From NCBI RefSeq assembly GCF_035938995.1, contig NZ_DASZGI010000329.1, forward strand, positions 54,535 to 118,534: a stretch of DNA of 64,000 bases. Reading direction: 5' to 3'. Positions 1 through 9,055 of this stretch are shown here, piece by piece. A program made the translations under genes and the position numbers. The DNA comes from Actinocrinis sp. GTDB taxonomy: Bacteria > Actinomycetota > Actinomycetes > Streptomycetales > Catenulisporaceae. The notes under the pieces were generated by a model, which worked only from the letters and a program-made list of their open reading frames with translations, searched no databases and had not been told where the DNA came from. Each line of letters opens with the position of its first letter. Positions within the stretch are counted from its first letter, which is position 1.

Positions 1-8
1 GGACGAGG

Positions 9-1295
9 ATGCCGGGCGAACTGTTCGCACCGCTCAAGCTGCGGTCCGGGCTCACTCTGGGTAACCGGATCGCGAAGGCGGCCATGGAGGAGGGGATGGC
101 CGGACGTGCGCAACTGCCCGACGCGCGGCTGCTGGAGTTATACCGGCGCTGGGGCGCCGAGGGAGCGGGGCTGCTGATCACCGGCAACGTCATGGTCCAC
201 GCCCAGGCGCTGACCGGTCCCGGTGGCGTGCTGCTTGACGCCGCCGCGCCGCTGGAGCCGTTCGCGGCGTGGGCGCGGGCCGGCAAGTCCGGAGGCGCCG
301 CGATGTGGATGCAGATCAACCATCCCGGCCGCCAAGTGCAGGCCGAGATGCCCGGCGTCGTCTGGGCGCCATCCGGAGTGGGCGTCGAGGCGGGCAGACA
401 CAGCAAGCGGTTCGGCCGGCCGATCGCCATGACCCCGGAGCAGATCGCGGCCACGGTGACCCGATTCGCGGTGGCGGCGGAGCGTGCCGAGCGCGCGGGC
501 TTCGACGGTGTGGAGGTCCACGCGGCGCACGGCTACCTGCTCTCGCAGTTCCTGTCGCCGCTGGTGAACAAGCGAACCGACGAGTGGGGCGGCACACTGC
601 AGAACCGGGCCCGGCTGCTGCTCGACGTCGTGCGGGCGGTGCGTGCCGCGGTGTCGCCGATGTTCGCGGTCGCGGTGAAGCTGAACTCCGCCGACTTCCA
701 GCGCGGCGGATTCGACGCCGACGACGCGCGGCGCGTGATCGCGATGCTCGAGCCGCTCGGCGTGGACCTGGTGGAGTTGTCCGGCGGCAGTTATGAGAGC
801 CCTGCGATGGCGGGCCGCCCGGCCGACACGCGCACCCAGAAGCGTGAGGCGTACTTCCTCGACCTGGCGAGCGACTTGGCCGAAACCAGCCCGCTGCCGT
901 TGATGCTCACCGGCGGGATAACGCGCAGGGCGACGGCAGAGAAGGTCCTCGCCGGCGGTGTCGAGATGGTCGGCATCGGCACCGCTCTCGCCGCAACACC
1001 TGATCTTCCGAATCGGTGGCGAGAGCTCCAGGAAGCGGACGGCCAGCTGCGTCCGGTGGCCTGGTCGGACAGGATCCTCGCCTCGGCTGCGGGTATGGCG
1101 CTGGTCCGGCACCAGATGCGCCGGATGGCGCGTGGTCTCGACCCCGTCTTCGGCACGCGCCCCGCATACGCACTGGCATGCGACCAGTTCGTGCAGCGGC
1201 GGGCGCTGCGCCGTTACCGCGCCTGGCTAGGGCAGGCACCGGCTGCGCCTTTGCCTCCGCCGGGGCACGCCGCGCCAGCAGGTCAGCACGCGTGA
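9..1295 (+). CDS. NADH:flavin oxidoreductase, Old Yellow Enzyme / 2,4-dienoyl-CoA reductase-like family
   Basis: 428-aa ORF with high GC3. Motifs LFAPLKLRSGLTLGNRIAKAAM and VEVHAAHGYLLSQFLSP are typical of OYE TIM-barrel FMN enzymes. Confidence 0.85.
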   Translation: MPGELFAPLKLRSGLTLGNRIAKAAMEEGMAGRAQLPDARLLELYRRWGAEGAGLLITGNVMVHAQALTGPGGVLLDAAAPLEPFAAWARAGKSGGAAMWMQINHPGRQVQAEMPGVVWAPSGVGVEAGRHSKRFGRPIAMTPEQIAATVTRFAVAAERAERAGFDGVEVHAAHGYLLSQFLSPLVNKRTDEWGGTLQNRARLLLDVVRAVRAAVSPMFAVAVKLNSADFQRGGFDADDARRVIAMLEPLGVDLVELSGGSYESPAMAGRPADTRTQKREAYFLDLASDLAETSPLPLMLTGGITRRATAEKVLAGGVEMVGIGTALAATPDLPNRWRELQEADGQLRPVAWSDRILASAAGMALVRHQMRRMARGLDPVFGTRPAYALACDQFVQRRALRRYRAWLGQAPAAPLPPPGHAAPAGQHA

Positions 1296-1469
1296 CCCGG
1301 CGCGGGGGACCGGTCGGTGGAGTCAAGGCGCTGCGGATGATCCCGTAGTCGTAGGAGCCGTTGTACTGCTCGGGGTGGATCGGCGTCGGGTAGTGCGTCG
1401 GGCTCACTGGTATCCGCTCACCGGTCACCGTCGTCGCCCGACGGCGTCTGGCGAGGCGCTGTCTTCTGC

Positions 1470-3011
1470 TTACTGCCTGACCAGCTCCTCCTGCCCCGGC
1501 TCAGGCGCGCGGGCGACGAAGTCCTTGCGGCGGATGAGCGCGAGGGAGAGAACTCCGCCGACGAACGCGACGCACGCGGTGACGACCAGGAGGTTGTTCA
1601 GCGCGCCGCTGAAGCTTGACCGGATCGCCGTCTGCAGCGTCGCCCGTGCGGTCGGCGACAGGCCGGCGAATGCCGATCCCACCTGGCCCTGGCGGACGGC
1701 GGCGATGATCTGGCCGGCGTGTCCGGCCAGCTGCGGGGTGGGGGCCAGCGCGTGGGTCAGCTGTGTCCGGATCGAGCTGGAGAAGATCGACCCGAGCGCG
1801 GCGATGCTGGTCGCGATGCCGACCTGCCGGAAGGTGTTGTTGATTCCGGAGGCCATGCCGGAGCGCTCCGGCTCGACCACGCCGATCGCCGTGGACGCCA
1901 GCGGCGGGTTCACGAAGCCCGAGCCGATGCCCGAGACGATGAAGCCCGGAATCAGGTGTGTCCACTGGCTGTCCGCGTTCAGGCCGGCCATCAGCAGCAG
2001 GCCGATGCCGACGGCGATCAGTCCCGGTCCGATCAGCCAGCGCACCGGCACACGCTCGCTCAGCCGACCGGCGATGGTGGCCGCGAGCAGCATCGCACCG
2101 CTGGAGACCAGCAGGCGCGTACCGGCGGCGAGCGCCGAGTAGCCCAGCAGGTTCTGCAGGTAGAGGACCAGGTACAGCAGCATCGCGAACAGCGAGCCGT
2201 TCATCGTGAACGCCGCGGCCAGGCCGCCGACGAAGGTCGGCTTGCGGAACAGGCGCAGGTCGAACATCGGATCGGCGACCGTGAACTCGGCCGCGACGAA
2301 GCAGGCCAGCAGGACGCCGCCCACCACCAGGGCGGTGATCGCGCCGACGTCGCCCCAGCTGGTCTCCCCGGCCCGGATCAGTCCGTAGACCAGGCCGATC
2401 AGACCCGCGGTGAGCAGGATGAAACCGGCGAAGTCCGGCCTGCCGGGATGCGCGGCCCGCGACTCCTCCAGCCGCCACCGGGCCACGGCCAGCGCGCCGA
2501 TGCCGATGGGCACGTTGACTAGGAAGATTCCCCGCCAGCTGATCCCGGTGGTGATCAGCCCGCCGATGATCGGGCCGAGGGAGACCGCCACGCCCGTGAT
2601 CGCGCCCCACACCCCGAAGGCGACCCCGCGGTCGCGGCCGCGGAAGCTGTGGCCGAGCAGCGCCAGCGAGGTCGCGAACATGATCGCGCCGCCGATGCCC
2701 TGCCCGGCGCGGGAGAGGGTGAGCATCAGCGGTGTCTGCGCCAGGCCGCAGAGGAGCGAGCCGAGGGTGAAGATGATGAGGCCGATCGCGAACAGCTTGC
2801 GCCGTCCGTAGCGGTCGGCCAGCACGCCCGAGGTCAGCAGGACCGAGGCCAGCGCCAGCGCGTAGGCGTCGACCACCCATTGCACGTCGCCGAAGCTGGC
2901 GTGCAGGCCGCGCTGGATGTCGGGAAGCGCGACCACCACGATCGTGACGTCGAGCAGCAGCATGAACGTGCCGACGCACACCGCCAGCAGCGTCCACCAC
3001 TTCTTCTCCAC
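1470..3011 (-). CDS. MFS transporter, DHA2 (EmrB/QacA) drug:H+ antiporter family
   Basis: 513 aa and highly hydrophobic, about 14 TM segments. Has the N-terminal LLDVTIVVVALP motif and the GRRKLFAIGL loop motif of DHA2 MFS pumps. Confidence 0.85.
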   Translation of the reverse strand: MEKKWWTLLAVCVGTFMLLLDVTIVVVALPDIQRGLHASFGDVQWVVDAYALALASVLLTSGVLADRYGRRKLFAIGLIIFTLGSLLCGLAQTPLMLTLSRAGQGIGGAIMFATSLALLGHSFRGRDRGVAFGVWGAITGVAVSLGPIIGGLITTGISWRGIFLVNVPIGIGALAVARWRLEESRAAHPGRPDFAGFILLTAGLIGLVYGLIRAGETSWGDVGAITALVVGGVLLACFVAAEFTVADPMFDLRLFRKPTFVGGLAAAFTMNGSLFAMLLYLVLYLQNLLGYSALAAGTRLLVSSGAMLLAATIAGRLSERVPVRWLIGPGLIAVGIGLLLMAGLNADSQWTHLIPGFIVSGIGSGFVNPPLASTAIGVVEPERSGMASGINNTFRQVGIATSIAALGSIFSSSIRTQLTHALAPTPQLAGHAGQIIAAVRQGQVGSAFAGLSPTARATLQTAIRSSFSGALNNLLVVTACVAFVGGVLSLALIRRKDFVARAPEPGQEELVRQ

Positions 3012-3256
3012 GGATACAACCTCCTCGCCCTGCCGTCGCCCGCGGATCGAACCGCGTGAGCATGCGCGAATCGCACCGCGTACCCGAGGGTGGAGCGTTG
3101 ATGCGGCGACGAGCGCTACGGAACAGGCCCCGGTGTTGCCATTTCAGCACCTGGCGGCGGCATTCGCACGCGGGCGGCCGCCGAGCCGACGTTCTCGCAG
3201 GCTTGGCGGCCGCCCGACGTGGTGGGCGAGGTGTAGTTGTAGTTAAACCGGTGCGT

Positions 3257-4642
3257 TCAGCGGGCGAGGGCTGAAGCCGGTCGGAGCAGTGCGCGCCGCT
3301 GGTAGACCGTGTACGTCAGGCCGCCGAGAACGACATAGGCGGCGAGGAAGGTCGCATACGCGGCGGTGCCGGTGTGGTACGTCAGGAAGGATTCGCGGAA
3401 GGCCAGGTTGACCAGGACGCCGCCGAACGCGCCGATCGCGCCGGCGATGGCGATCAGGGCGCCCGCCAGGCTCTGCGCGCGCTCCTCGCCGAGGGTGGCG
3501 ACCCGCTCATGGAAGAGCCCTGGGATCATCTTGTAGACGGACCCGTTGCCTACGCCGCTGAGGGCGAACAACAGCACGAATCCTGTGACGAACATCGCGA
3601 GCGAGTGCTGTGCGGACGCGGCGAGGACGAGCGCCGCGCTCGCCGCCATGGCGGCGAAACTCCACACGGTCACCTGAGCACCGCCGTAGCGGTCCGCGAG
3701 CCTGCCGCCGACGGGCCGGGTGAACGAGCCGATCAGCGGGCCGAGGAAGGTCAGGTAGGCCGCGTCCACGGGGGTGGCGAACTGCGCCTTGAACTGGATC
3801 TGCAGCACCTGCCCGAAGGCGAAGCTGTAGCCGATGAACGATCCGAAGGTGCCGATGTAGAGCGCCGAGATCACCCACGTGTGCGGCTCGCGGCAGGCGG
3901 CGCGCACCGCCGGGAAGCGGTCGGCGGGCCGGGGCAGGTTGTCCATCCACAGCCCGGCACCCAGCGAGCCGAGGACGATGAGCGGCAGGTAGACCCCGGC
4001 CAGCAGCCGCGGGTGGCCGGACCCGGCCCACGCGAGCACCGCGAGCCCGGCAAGCTGCACGACCGCGACCCCGAGGTTTCCGCCGCCCGCGTTCAGGCCC
4101 AGCGCCCAACCCTTGAGGCGCTGCGGATAGAAGCCGTTGATGTTCGTCATCGAGGAGGCGAAGTTGCCGCCCCCGACGCCTGCGAGTGCGGCGAGCAGCA
4201 TCAGGGTGCTGTACGAGATGCCGGGGGTGATCAGGGTCGCGGCGAGGGCGCAGGGTACGAGCAGGAGCAGGGCGCTGATGACGGTCCAGGTACGTCCGCC
4301 GAAGCGCACGACGGCGATGCTGTAGGGCACCCGCATCGCCGCGCCGATGGCCGTCGGAACGGCGGTGAGCACGAACTTCCCCGCGGCGTCCACGTGGTAG
4401 GCCGGGCCGAGGAAGAGCACGAGCACCGACCACAGCGACCAGACGGAGAAGCCGATGTGCTCGGTGAGGATGGAGAACACCAGGTTGCGCCGGGCGACCC
4501 GGTCTCCGCCCGCGTCCCAGAACTCGGAGTCCTCAGGTCGCCAGTCGGTGATCGGGGTGCGGCTCAGGGGCGGGGCAGCGGGCACGGTGCGGTCACGCTC
4601 CGTTCTGGGTGGATTCGGCTGCGGCGACGTAGATGTGCCCAT
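3257..4642 (-). CDS. narK: MFS nitrate/nitrite transporter (NarK/NasA-type)
   Basis: 461-aa polytopic MFS protein with G-rich nitrate/nitrite porter-like motifs (AGGGNLG, GVGGGNFASS). Sits directly downstream of nirBD on the same strand. Start is ambiguous: ATG 4642 overlaps nirD by 50 nt, and GTG 4585 lies 8 nt after the nirD stop. Confidence 0.85.
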   Translation of the reverse strand: MGTSTSPQPNPPRTERDRTVPAAPPLSRTPITDWRPEDSEFWDAGGDRVARRNLVFSILTEHIGFSVWSLWSVLVLFLGPAYHVDAAGKFVLTAVPTAIGAAMRVPYSIAVVRFGGRTWTVISALLLLVPCALAATLITPGISYSTLMLLAALAGVGGGNFASSMTNINGFYPQRLKGWALGLNAGGGNLGVAVVQLAGLAVLAWAGSGHPRLLAGVYLPLIVLGSLGAGLWMDNLPRPADRFPAVRAACREPHTWVISALYIGTFGSFIGYSFAFGQVLQIQFKAQFATPVDAAYLTFLGPLIGSFTRPVGGRLADRYGGAQVTVWSFAAMAASAALVLAASAQHSLAMFVTGFVLLFALSGVGNGSVYKMIPGLFHERVATLGEERAQSLAGALIAIAGAIGAFGGVLVNLAFRESFLTYHTGTAAYATFLAAYVVLGGLTYTVYQRRALLRPASALAR

Positions 4643-5021
4643 CGACGCAGCGCACGGGGTATACAGGCAACGCCTCGGGCTGCGGGCCGGCCGGACCGTC
4701 CATGCACCGACCGGTGCGCAGGTCGAAGACGTGCTTGAGCATCGGCGACGCGACCGTGTGGGTCCCCTCGCGGGTGCCGATCAGGCCGCGGGAGATGACG
4801 CAGGCCCCGGTGAAGGGGTCGCGGTTGTCGACCGCGTACAGCTGTCCGGTTGAGGTGCGGAACACAGCGACCTGGATCTGCGGCTCGGCGCGGGTGCCGG
4901 GGTTCAGCAGGGCGGCCACGCCCCGGCCCGGGATCAGCTCGTCCACAGGGCAGATCGGGACCCACGCGGGGGCGATGGCGGCTGGGTGATGCTCGGCCGG
5001 GCTCTCGAGAGTGATGGTCAC
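4593..5021 (-). CDS. nirD: nitrite reductase small subunit (Rieske-like)
   Basis: This is the last 142 codons of the 544-aa ORF-track entry 4593..6227. Sequence WVPICPVDELIPGRGVAALL ... ASPMLKHVFDLRTGRC is NirD-like. GTG start at 5021 overlaps the nirB stop (GTGA). Confidence 0.85.
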   Translation of the reverse strand: MTITLESPAEHHPAAIAPAWVPICPVDELIPGRGVAALLNPGTRAEPQIQVAVFRTSTGQLYAVDNRDPFTGACVISRGLIGTREGTHTVASPMLKHVFDLRTGRCMDGPAGPQPEALPVYPVRCVDGHIYVAAAESTQNGA

Positions 5022-7561
5022 GGCGTGCTCACCAGTTCCTTGTCGTTGCGGTGCGGGGGCCTGCCGATCGCCAGCAGAGGTTTGATCTGTCCGCGCTCGG
5101 CGGTGAACTCGATCGACGCGTCCGGCTCGTCCGGCGCGTTGACGAAGGAGGCGAAGCGGCGCAGCGTCTCCGGATCCTCGATGGCCGCGCGCCACTCGTC
5201 GGCGTAGCCCGCCACGTGGGCGGTCATCAGCTCGTCCAGCTCGGCGCACAGCCCGAGGCTGTCGTCCAGCACGACGTCGCGCACATGCTCGAGCCCGCCC
5301 TCGATGCGCTCGATCCAGGTGGCCGTGCGCTCCAGCCGCTCGGCGGTGCGGATGTAGAACATCAGGAACCTGTCGATCGCCTGGATCAGCTCCGGCTCGC
5401 TCAGGTCCTTGGCGAACAGGTCCGCGTGCCGCGGCCGGAAGCCGCCGTTGCCGCCGACGTACAGGTTCCAGCCGTTCTCGGTGGCGATCACGCCGATGTC
5501 CTTGCCCTGCGCCTCGGCGCATTCGCGGGCGCAGCCGGAGACGGCGGCCTTGATCTTGTGCGGGGCGCGCAGTCCGCGGTAGCGCAGCTCGAGGTCGATG
5601 GCGAGACGGACCGAGTCCTGCACGCCGTACCGGCACCAAGTGGAGCCGACGCAGGACTTGACCGTGCGCACCGCCTTGCCATAGGCGTGTCCTGATTCGA
5701 AGCCCGCGTCCACCAGGCGGCGCCAGATCGCCGGGAGCTGTTCGACGCGGGCGCCGAGCAAGTCGATCCGCTGCCCGCCGGTGAGCTTCGTGTACAGGCC
5801 GAAGTCGCGGGCCACCTCGCCGATGACGATGAGTTTCTCCGGGGTGATCTCTCCGCCGGGGATCCGCGGGACGATCGAGTACGAGCCGTTGCGCTGGATG
5901 TTCGCCAGGAAGTGGTCGTTGGTGTCCTGCAGCGCGGCCTGCTCGCCGGTGAGGATGTGCGTGGGGCCGCCGAGCTTCCCGGCCAGCGAGGCGAAGATCG
6001 AGGCGACGGCCGGCTTGCAGATCTCGCAGCCCTCCTGGCTGACGCCGTGCTCGGCCAGCAGCCGGGCGAAGCTGTCGATCCGGCGCACCGACACGATCTC
6101 GTAGAGCTCCGCGCGGGTCTGCGGGAAGTGCGCGCACAGCGCGGTGGAGGCTTCGACACCGCACGAGGCGAGGAGCTTGCCGAGGAGCGGAACGCAGGAG
6201 CCGCAGCCGGTAGCCGCCTTCGTGCACTGCTTGAGCGCGCCTACGCTGTCGCAGCCTGCTTCGACGATCGCTCGGGTGAGGTCGCCCTTGGAGACGTTGT
6301 GGCAGCTGCAGATCGTGGCCGAATCCGGCAGTGCGCCGATGCCGAGGGCCGGGCCGCCGCCTTCCGCCGCGGGCAGCAGCAGCCGGATCGGCGCGATCGG
6401 CAGCTTGGTGCCGGTTCCGGCCAGCGGCTTGAGTGTGTCGTAGGCGGCGGCGTCGCCGACGAGGATTCCGCCGAGCAGTGCGCCCGCCTCGTCCACGACC
6501 AGCTTCTTGTAGACGCCCTCTGTGTCGTCGGCATAGTGGACGATGACGGCGCCGGGCGCGGCGGCGAAGGCGTCACCGAACGATGCGACGTCCACGCCGA
6601 GCAGCTTGAGCTTGGTGGACAGGTCGGCGCCGGTGAACGGTTTCGGGTCGCGGTCGACGATGTCCCGCGCGGCCGTCTCCGCCATCGCGTAGCCCGGGGC
6701 CACGAGTCCGTAAACCCGCCCGTCGACCGCGAGAGCGCACTCGCCGACCGCGTAGATGCGCGGGTCGGTCGTCCGACAGTGGTCATCGACGCGAATGCCG
6801 CCGCGCTCGCCGACCTCGAGGCCGCTTGCGCGGGCCAGGTCGTCGCACGGCCGCACGCCCGCCGCGAAGACGACCAGGTCGACCCCGAGATCACGCTTCT
6901 CGTCGCCGCAGGCCAGCACCATGCTCGCCGCCGCGCCGTCAGGTCCGGCGCACACGGCGTCGGTGCGGGTCGCGGCGTGCACGGCGACGCCCAGCTCCTC
7001 GATACGCCGCCGCAGCGCCCCGCCGCCGGCCTCGTCGACCTGCAGGGGCATCAGTCGCGGCGCGAACTCCACTACGTGCGTCTCGAGACCGAGCGAGCGC
7101 AGCGCCCCGGCGGCCTCCAGACCGAGCAGCCCGCCGCCGACCACCGCGCCGACGCGGCGCCCCGCCGCGTAACGCTTGATCGCGTCAACGTCCTCGACCG
7201 TGCGGTACACGAAGCAACCGGGCAGGTCGTGGCCGGGCACCGGCGGAACGAACGGGCGCGAGCCGGTGGCCAGGACGAGGAAGTCATAGTCGTATCGCTC
7301 GCCCGAGTCCGTGTGCACCGCCCGGGCCGCCCGGTCGATGCTCACGACCGTCCGGCCGAGCACCACCCGTACGCCCGCAGGCTCGGGATAGGTCAGATCC
7401 TCCGCGCTCGCGCCGTCGAACAACGACGTCAGGTGCACCCGGTCGTACGCCGGACGCGGCTCCTGGGCGAACACGGTGATCTCCGCCTGCGGAGCCAAGC
7501 CGGCGAGCAGCTCCGCGCAGCGGTGCCCGACCATCCCGTAGCCGGCGATCAAGATCCTCAT
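5018..7561 (-). CDS. nirB: NAD(P)H-dependent assimilatory nitrite reductase large subunit
   Basis: Has an N-terminal Rossmann motif (RILIAGYGMVGHR), a BFD-like CSCHNVSKG motif, and sirohaem/4Fe-4S cysteines (SCVGSTWCRYG, VSGCARECAEA). I prefer ATG 7561 (MRILIAGYG) over the ORF-track start at 7657. Confidence 0.9.
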   Translation of the reverse strand: MRILIAGYGMVGHRCAELLAGLAPQAEITVFAQEPRPAYDRVHLTSLFDGASAEDLTYPEPAGVRVVLGRTVVSIDRAARAVHTDSGERYDYDFLVLATGSRPFVPPVPGHDLPGCFVYRTVEDVDAIKRYAAGRRVGAVVGGGLLGLEAAGALRSLGLETHVVEFAPRLMPLQVDEAGGGALRRRIEELGVAVHAATRTDAVCAGPDGAAASMVLACGDEKRDLGVDLVVFAAGVRPCDDLARASGLEVGERGGIRVDDHCRTTDPRIYAVGECALAVDGRVYGLVAPGYAMAETAARDIVDRDPKPFTGADLSTKLKLLGVDVASFGDAFAAAPGAVIVHYADDTEGVYKKLVVDEAGALLGGILVGDAAAYDTLKPLAGTGTKLPIAPIRLLLPAAEGGGPALGIGALPDSATICSCHNVSKGDLTRAIVEAGCDSVGALKQCTKAATGCGSCVPLLGKLLASCGVEASTALCAHFPQTRAELYEIVSVRRIDSFARLLAEHGVSQEGCEICKPAVASIFASLAGKLGGPTHILTGEQAALQDTNDHFLANIQRNGSYSIVPRIPGGEITPEKLIVIGEVARDFGLYTKLTGGQRIDLLGARVEQLPAIWRRLVDAGFESGHAYGKAVRTVKSCVGSTWCRYGVQDSVRLAIDLELRYRGLRAPHKIKAAVSGCARECAEAQGKDIGVIATENGWNLYVGGNGGFRPRHADLFAKDLSEPELIQAIDRFLMFYIRTAERLERTATWIERIEGGLEHVRDVVLDDSLGLCAELDELMTAHVAGYADEWRAAIEDPETLRRFASFVNAPDEPDASIEFTAERGQIKPLLAIGRPPHRNDKELVSTP

Positions 7562-7641
7562 GCGTGCGTTACCGTCCTCGCTGGAAAAGAGTGGGACGAG
7601 AGCACGTTCGGCCATGCCCGTGACGCCGGTGCGTCGCGACT

Positions 7642-7657
7642 GTTTCCCGGTCGGCAC
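7642..7657 (-). promoter_or_regulatory. candidate GlnR-type box (GTGCC-N6-GAAAC on the minus strand) upstream of nirB
   Basis: Plus strand reads GTTTC ccggtc GGCAC. It lies 81-96 nt upstream of the nirB ATG, and a further GTTTC is at 7668-7672. Compared by eye with the published gTnAc-n6-GaAAc consensus. Confidence 0.3.
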
Positions 7658-7709
7658 AGGCTGATCAGTTTCCGCGGATCGCCCAAGTACGACGGTGGCT
7701 TACGGCGGC

Positions 7710-7736
7710 GTTTCCGCCGCGCAACAACCGCGAAAC
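7710..7736. promoter_or_regulatory. symmetric GTTTC-N6-GCAAC-N6-GAAAC element upstream of the nnaR-like gene
   Basis: Read directly from the sequence, 23-49 nt upstream of start 7759. It can be read as a GlnR-like a/b site pair on either strand. Confidence 0.3.
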
Positions 7737-7758
7737 ACAGTTCGCGCAACCTGCCGCC

Positions 7759-8973
7759 ATGTCGAGCGCGCAGCCCACCCCCAGGACCCCGGTGCTCGAG
7801 CCGGGTTTCGGGGATCAGCCGCTGCTGGGCTGCACCGTCGCGGTGACGGCTGACCGGCGGCGCGATGACATGGTCGCGCTGCTGCGTCGGCGCGGGGCCC
7901 GGGTGATCGAGGCGCCGACCCGCAAGCTGGTGCCGTTGGAGGACGACACCGAGGCGCGCGCCGCCACCGCCGAGTGCCTGCGGGCGCCGCTGGACTACGC
8001 CGTGGCCACCACCGGGCGCGGCTGGCGCGGCTGGATCTCCGCGGCCGAGGGCTGGGGCTGGGCGGAGGAGTTGCAGGCGACGCTGGCGCGAGCGACGGTC
8101 GTGTCGCGCGGGCCGAAGGCCACCGGCGCGGTGCGCGCCAGCGGCCTGCGCGAAGACTTCGCCGCCGCCTCCGAGCTGTGCAGCGAGGTGCTCGCATGGC
8201 TGCGCGCCCGGGAGATCGCGCGCAAGCGCATCGCCGTGCAGCAGTACGGCGCCACCGACCCGGCCATCGACTGCGACCTGGCCACCGAGCTGCGCGGTGA
8301 CGGTGCCGAAGTGATCGCCGTGCCGGTATACCGGTGGAATCCGCCGGAGGACCGGACCGCGGTCGGCCGGCTGATCAACACGATCGCCGCGCGCGAGGTG
8401 CACGCCGTCGCCTTCACCTCGGCGCCCGGGGCCGAGGCGCTCCTCGAGGCCGCGGCGGCGGCCGGCGAGGACGTCCTCGACCGAGTGTTGGAGGCGTTTC
8501 GCACCGACGTGATCGCCGCGTGCGTCGGTCCGGTGTGCGCGGGGCCGTTCGAAGCGGTGGACGTGCCGACTGTGCAGCCCGACCGCGCACGCCTCGGCGC
8601 GCTCGTCGCGGAGCTGTGCACGGCGATCCCGGCGCGGGTGCGCAGGAGCATCCCGACGGAGGACGGGCGCACGCTGGTGATCCAAGGCACCGCCGCGCTC
8701 GCCGGAGGGGAGCCGGTGCTGCTGCCGCCGGTGCTGGCCGCGGTGTTCGGGGAACTCGCCAGGCGGCCGGGGCTCGTGGTCTCGCGCAGCGACCTGCTGC
8801 GCCGCGCCTGGGGCACGCGGAACGCGGTGACGACGGCCGGCGGCCGGGACGAGCACGTGGTCGAGGCGACGATCGCGCGGCTGCGTACGGCGCTGGGCTC
8901 CGACGGCGACCTGATCCGCACCGTGACCAAGCGCGGCTACCGCCTCGCCGTCCGGCCGGACGTGGCCCAATGA
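7759..8973 (+). CDS. nnaR: NnaR-type regulator: uroporphyrinogen-III synthase (HemD)-like domain fused to a C-terminal OmpR/PhoB-type winged-helix DNA-binding domain
   Basis: 404 aa. The N-terminal roughly 270 aa are HemD-like. The C-terminus ([15 protein letters not shown] ... [13 protein letters not shown] ... [11 protein letters not shown]) is a trans_reg_C wHTH. It is divergent from nirBD and upstream of the nitrate reductase, as for Streptomyces NnaR. Confidence 0.75.
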   Translation: MSSAQPTPRTPVLEPGFGDQPLLGCTVAVTADRRRDDMVALLRRRGARVIEAPTRKLVPLEDDTEARAATAECLRAPLDYAVATTGRGWRGWISAAEGWGWAEELQATLARATVVSRGPKATGAVRASGLREDFAAASELCSEVLAWLRAREIARKRIAVQQYGATDPAIDCDLATELRGDGAEVIAVPVYRWNPPEDRTAVGRLINTIAAREVHAVAFTSAPGAEALLEAAAAAGEDVLDRVLEAFRTDVIAACVGPVCAGPFEAVDVPTVQPDRARLGALVAELCTAIPARVRRSIPTEDGRTLVIQGTAALAGGEPVLLPPVLAAVFGELARRPGLVVSRSDLLRRAWGTRNAVTTAGGRDEHVVEATIARLRTALGSDGDLIRTVTKRGYRLAVRPDVAQ

Positions 8974-9055
8974 CCGGCTGGATGGCGAGCGCAGTGACCG
9001 GCGCGCGGCGCGTCGGCCGCCGAACCGCGGCCGCCCTTCCGCTGATTGTCGCCGC

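Noticed and set aside
1296-1428. Minus-strand frame encoding ...PTHYPTPIHPEQYNGSYDYGIIRSAL... in the OYE/MFS convergent spacer (start of ORF 907..1428).
   Set aside because: The sequence looks protein-like, but the frame then runs about 390 nt antisense through the OYE gene and I cannot assign a family. It is possibly a gene remnant, but support is insufficient.
1501-3150. 549-aa minus-strand ORF overlapping the MFS gene in another frame. Similar very long Arg/Pro/Gly-rich ORFs occur at 5912..7846, 7558..9294, 15367..17256, 18624..20591, 38422..39684 and 48105..50117.
   Set aside because: These are typical shadow ORFs of high-GC DNA, with low-complexity R/P/G/A composition. Each overlaps a gene that has clear family motifs and a proper GC3 pattern.
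4593-6227. 544-aa ORF-track entry spanning nirD and the antisense-frame interior of nirB.
   Set aside because: Only the last 142 codons (from GTG 5021) look like a real protein, NirD. The rest is an out-of-frame overlap with nirB.
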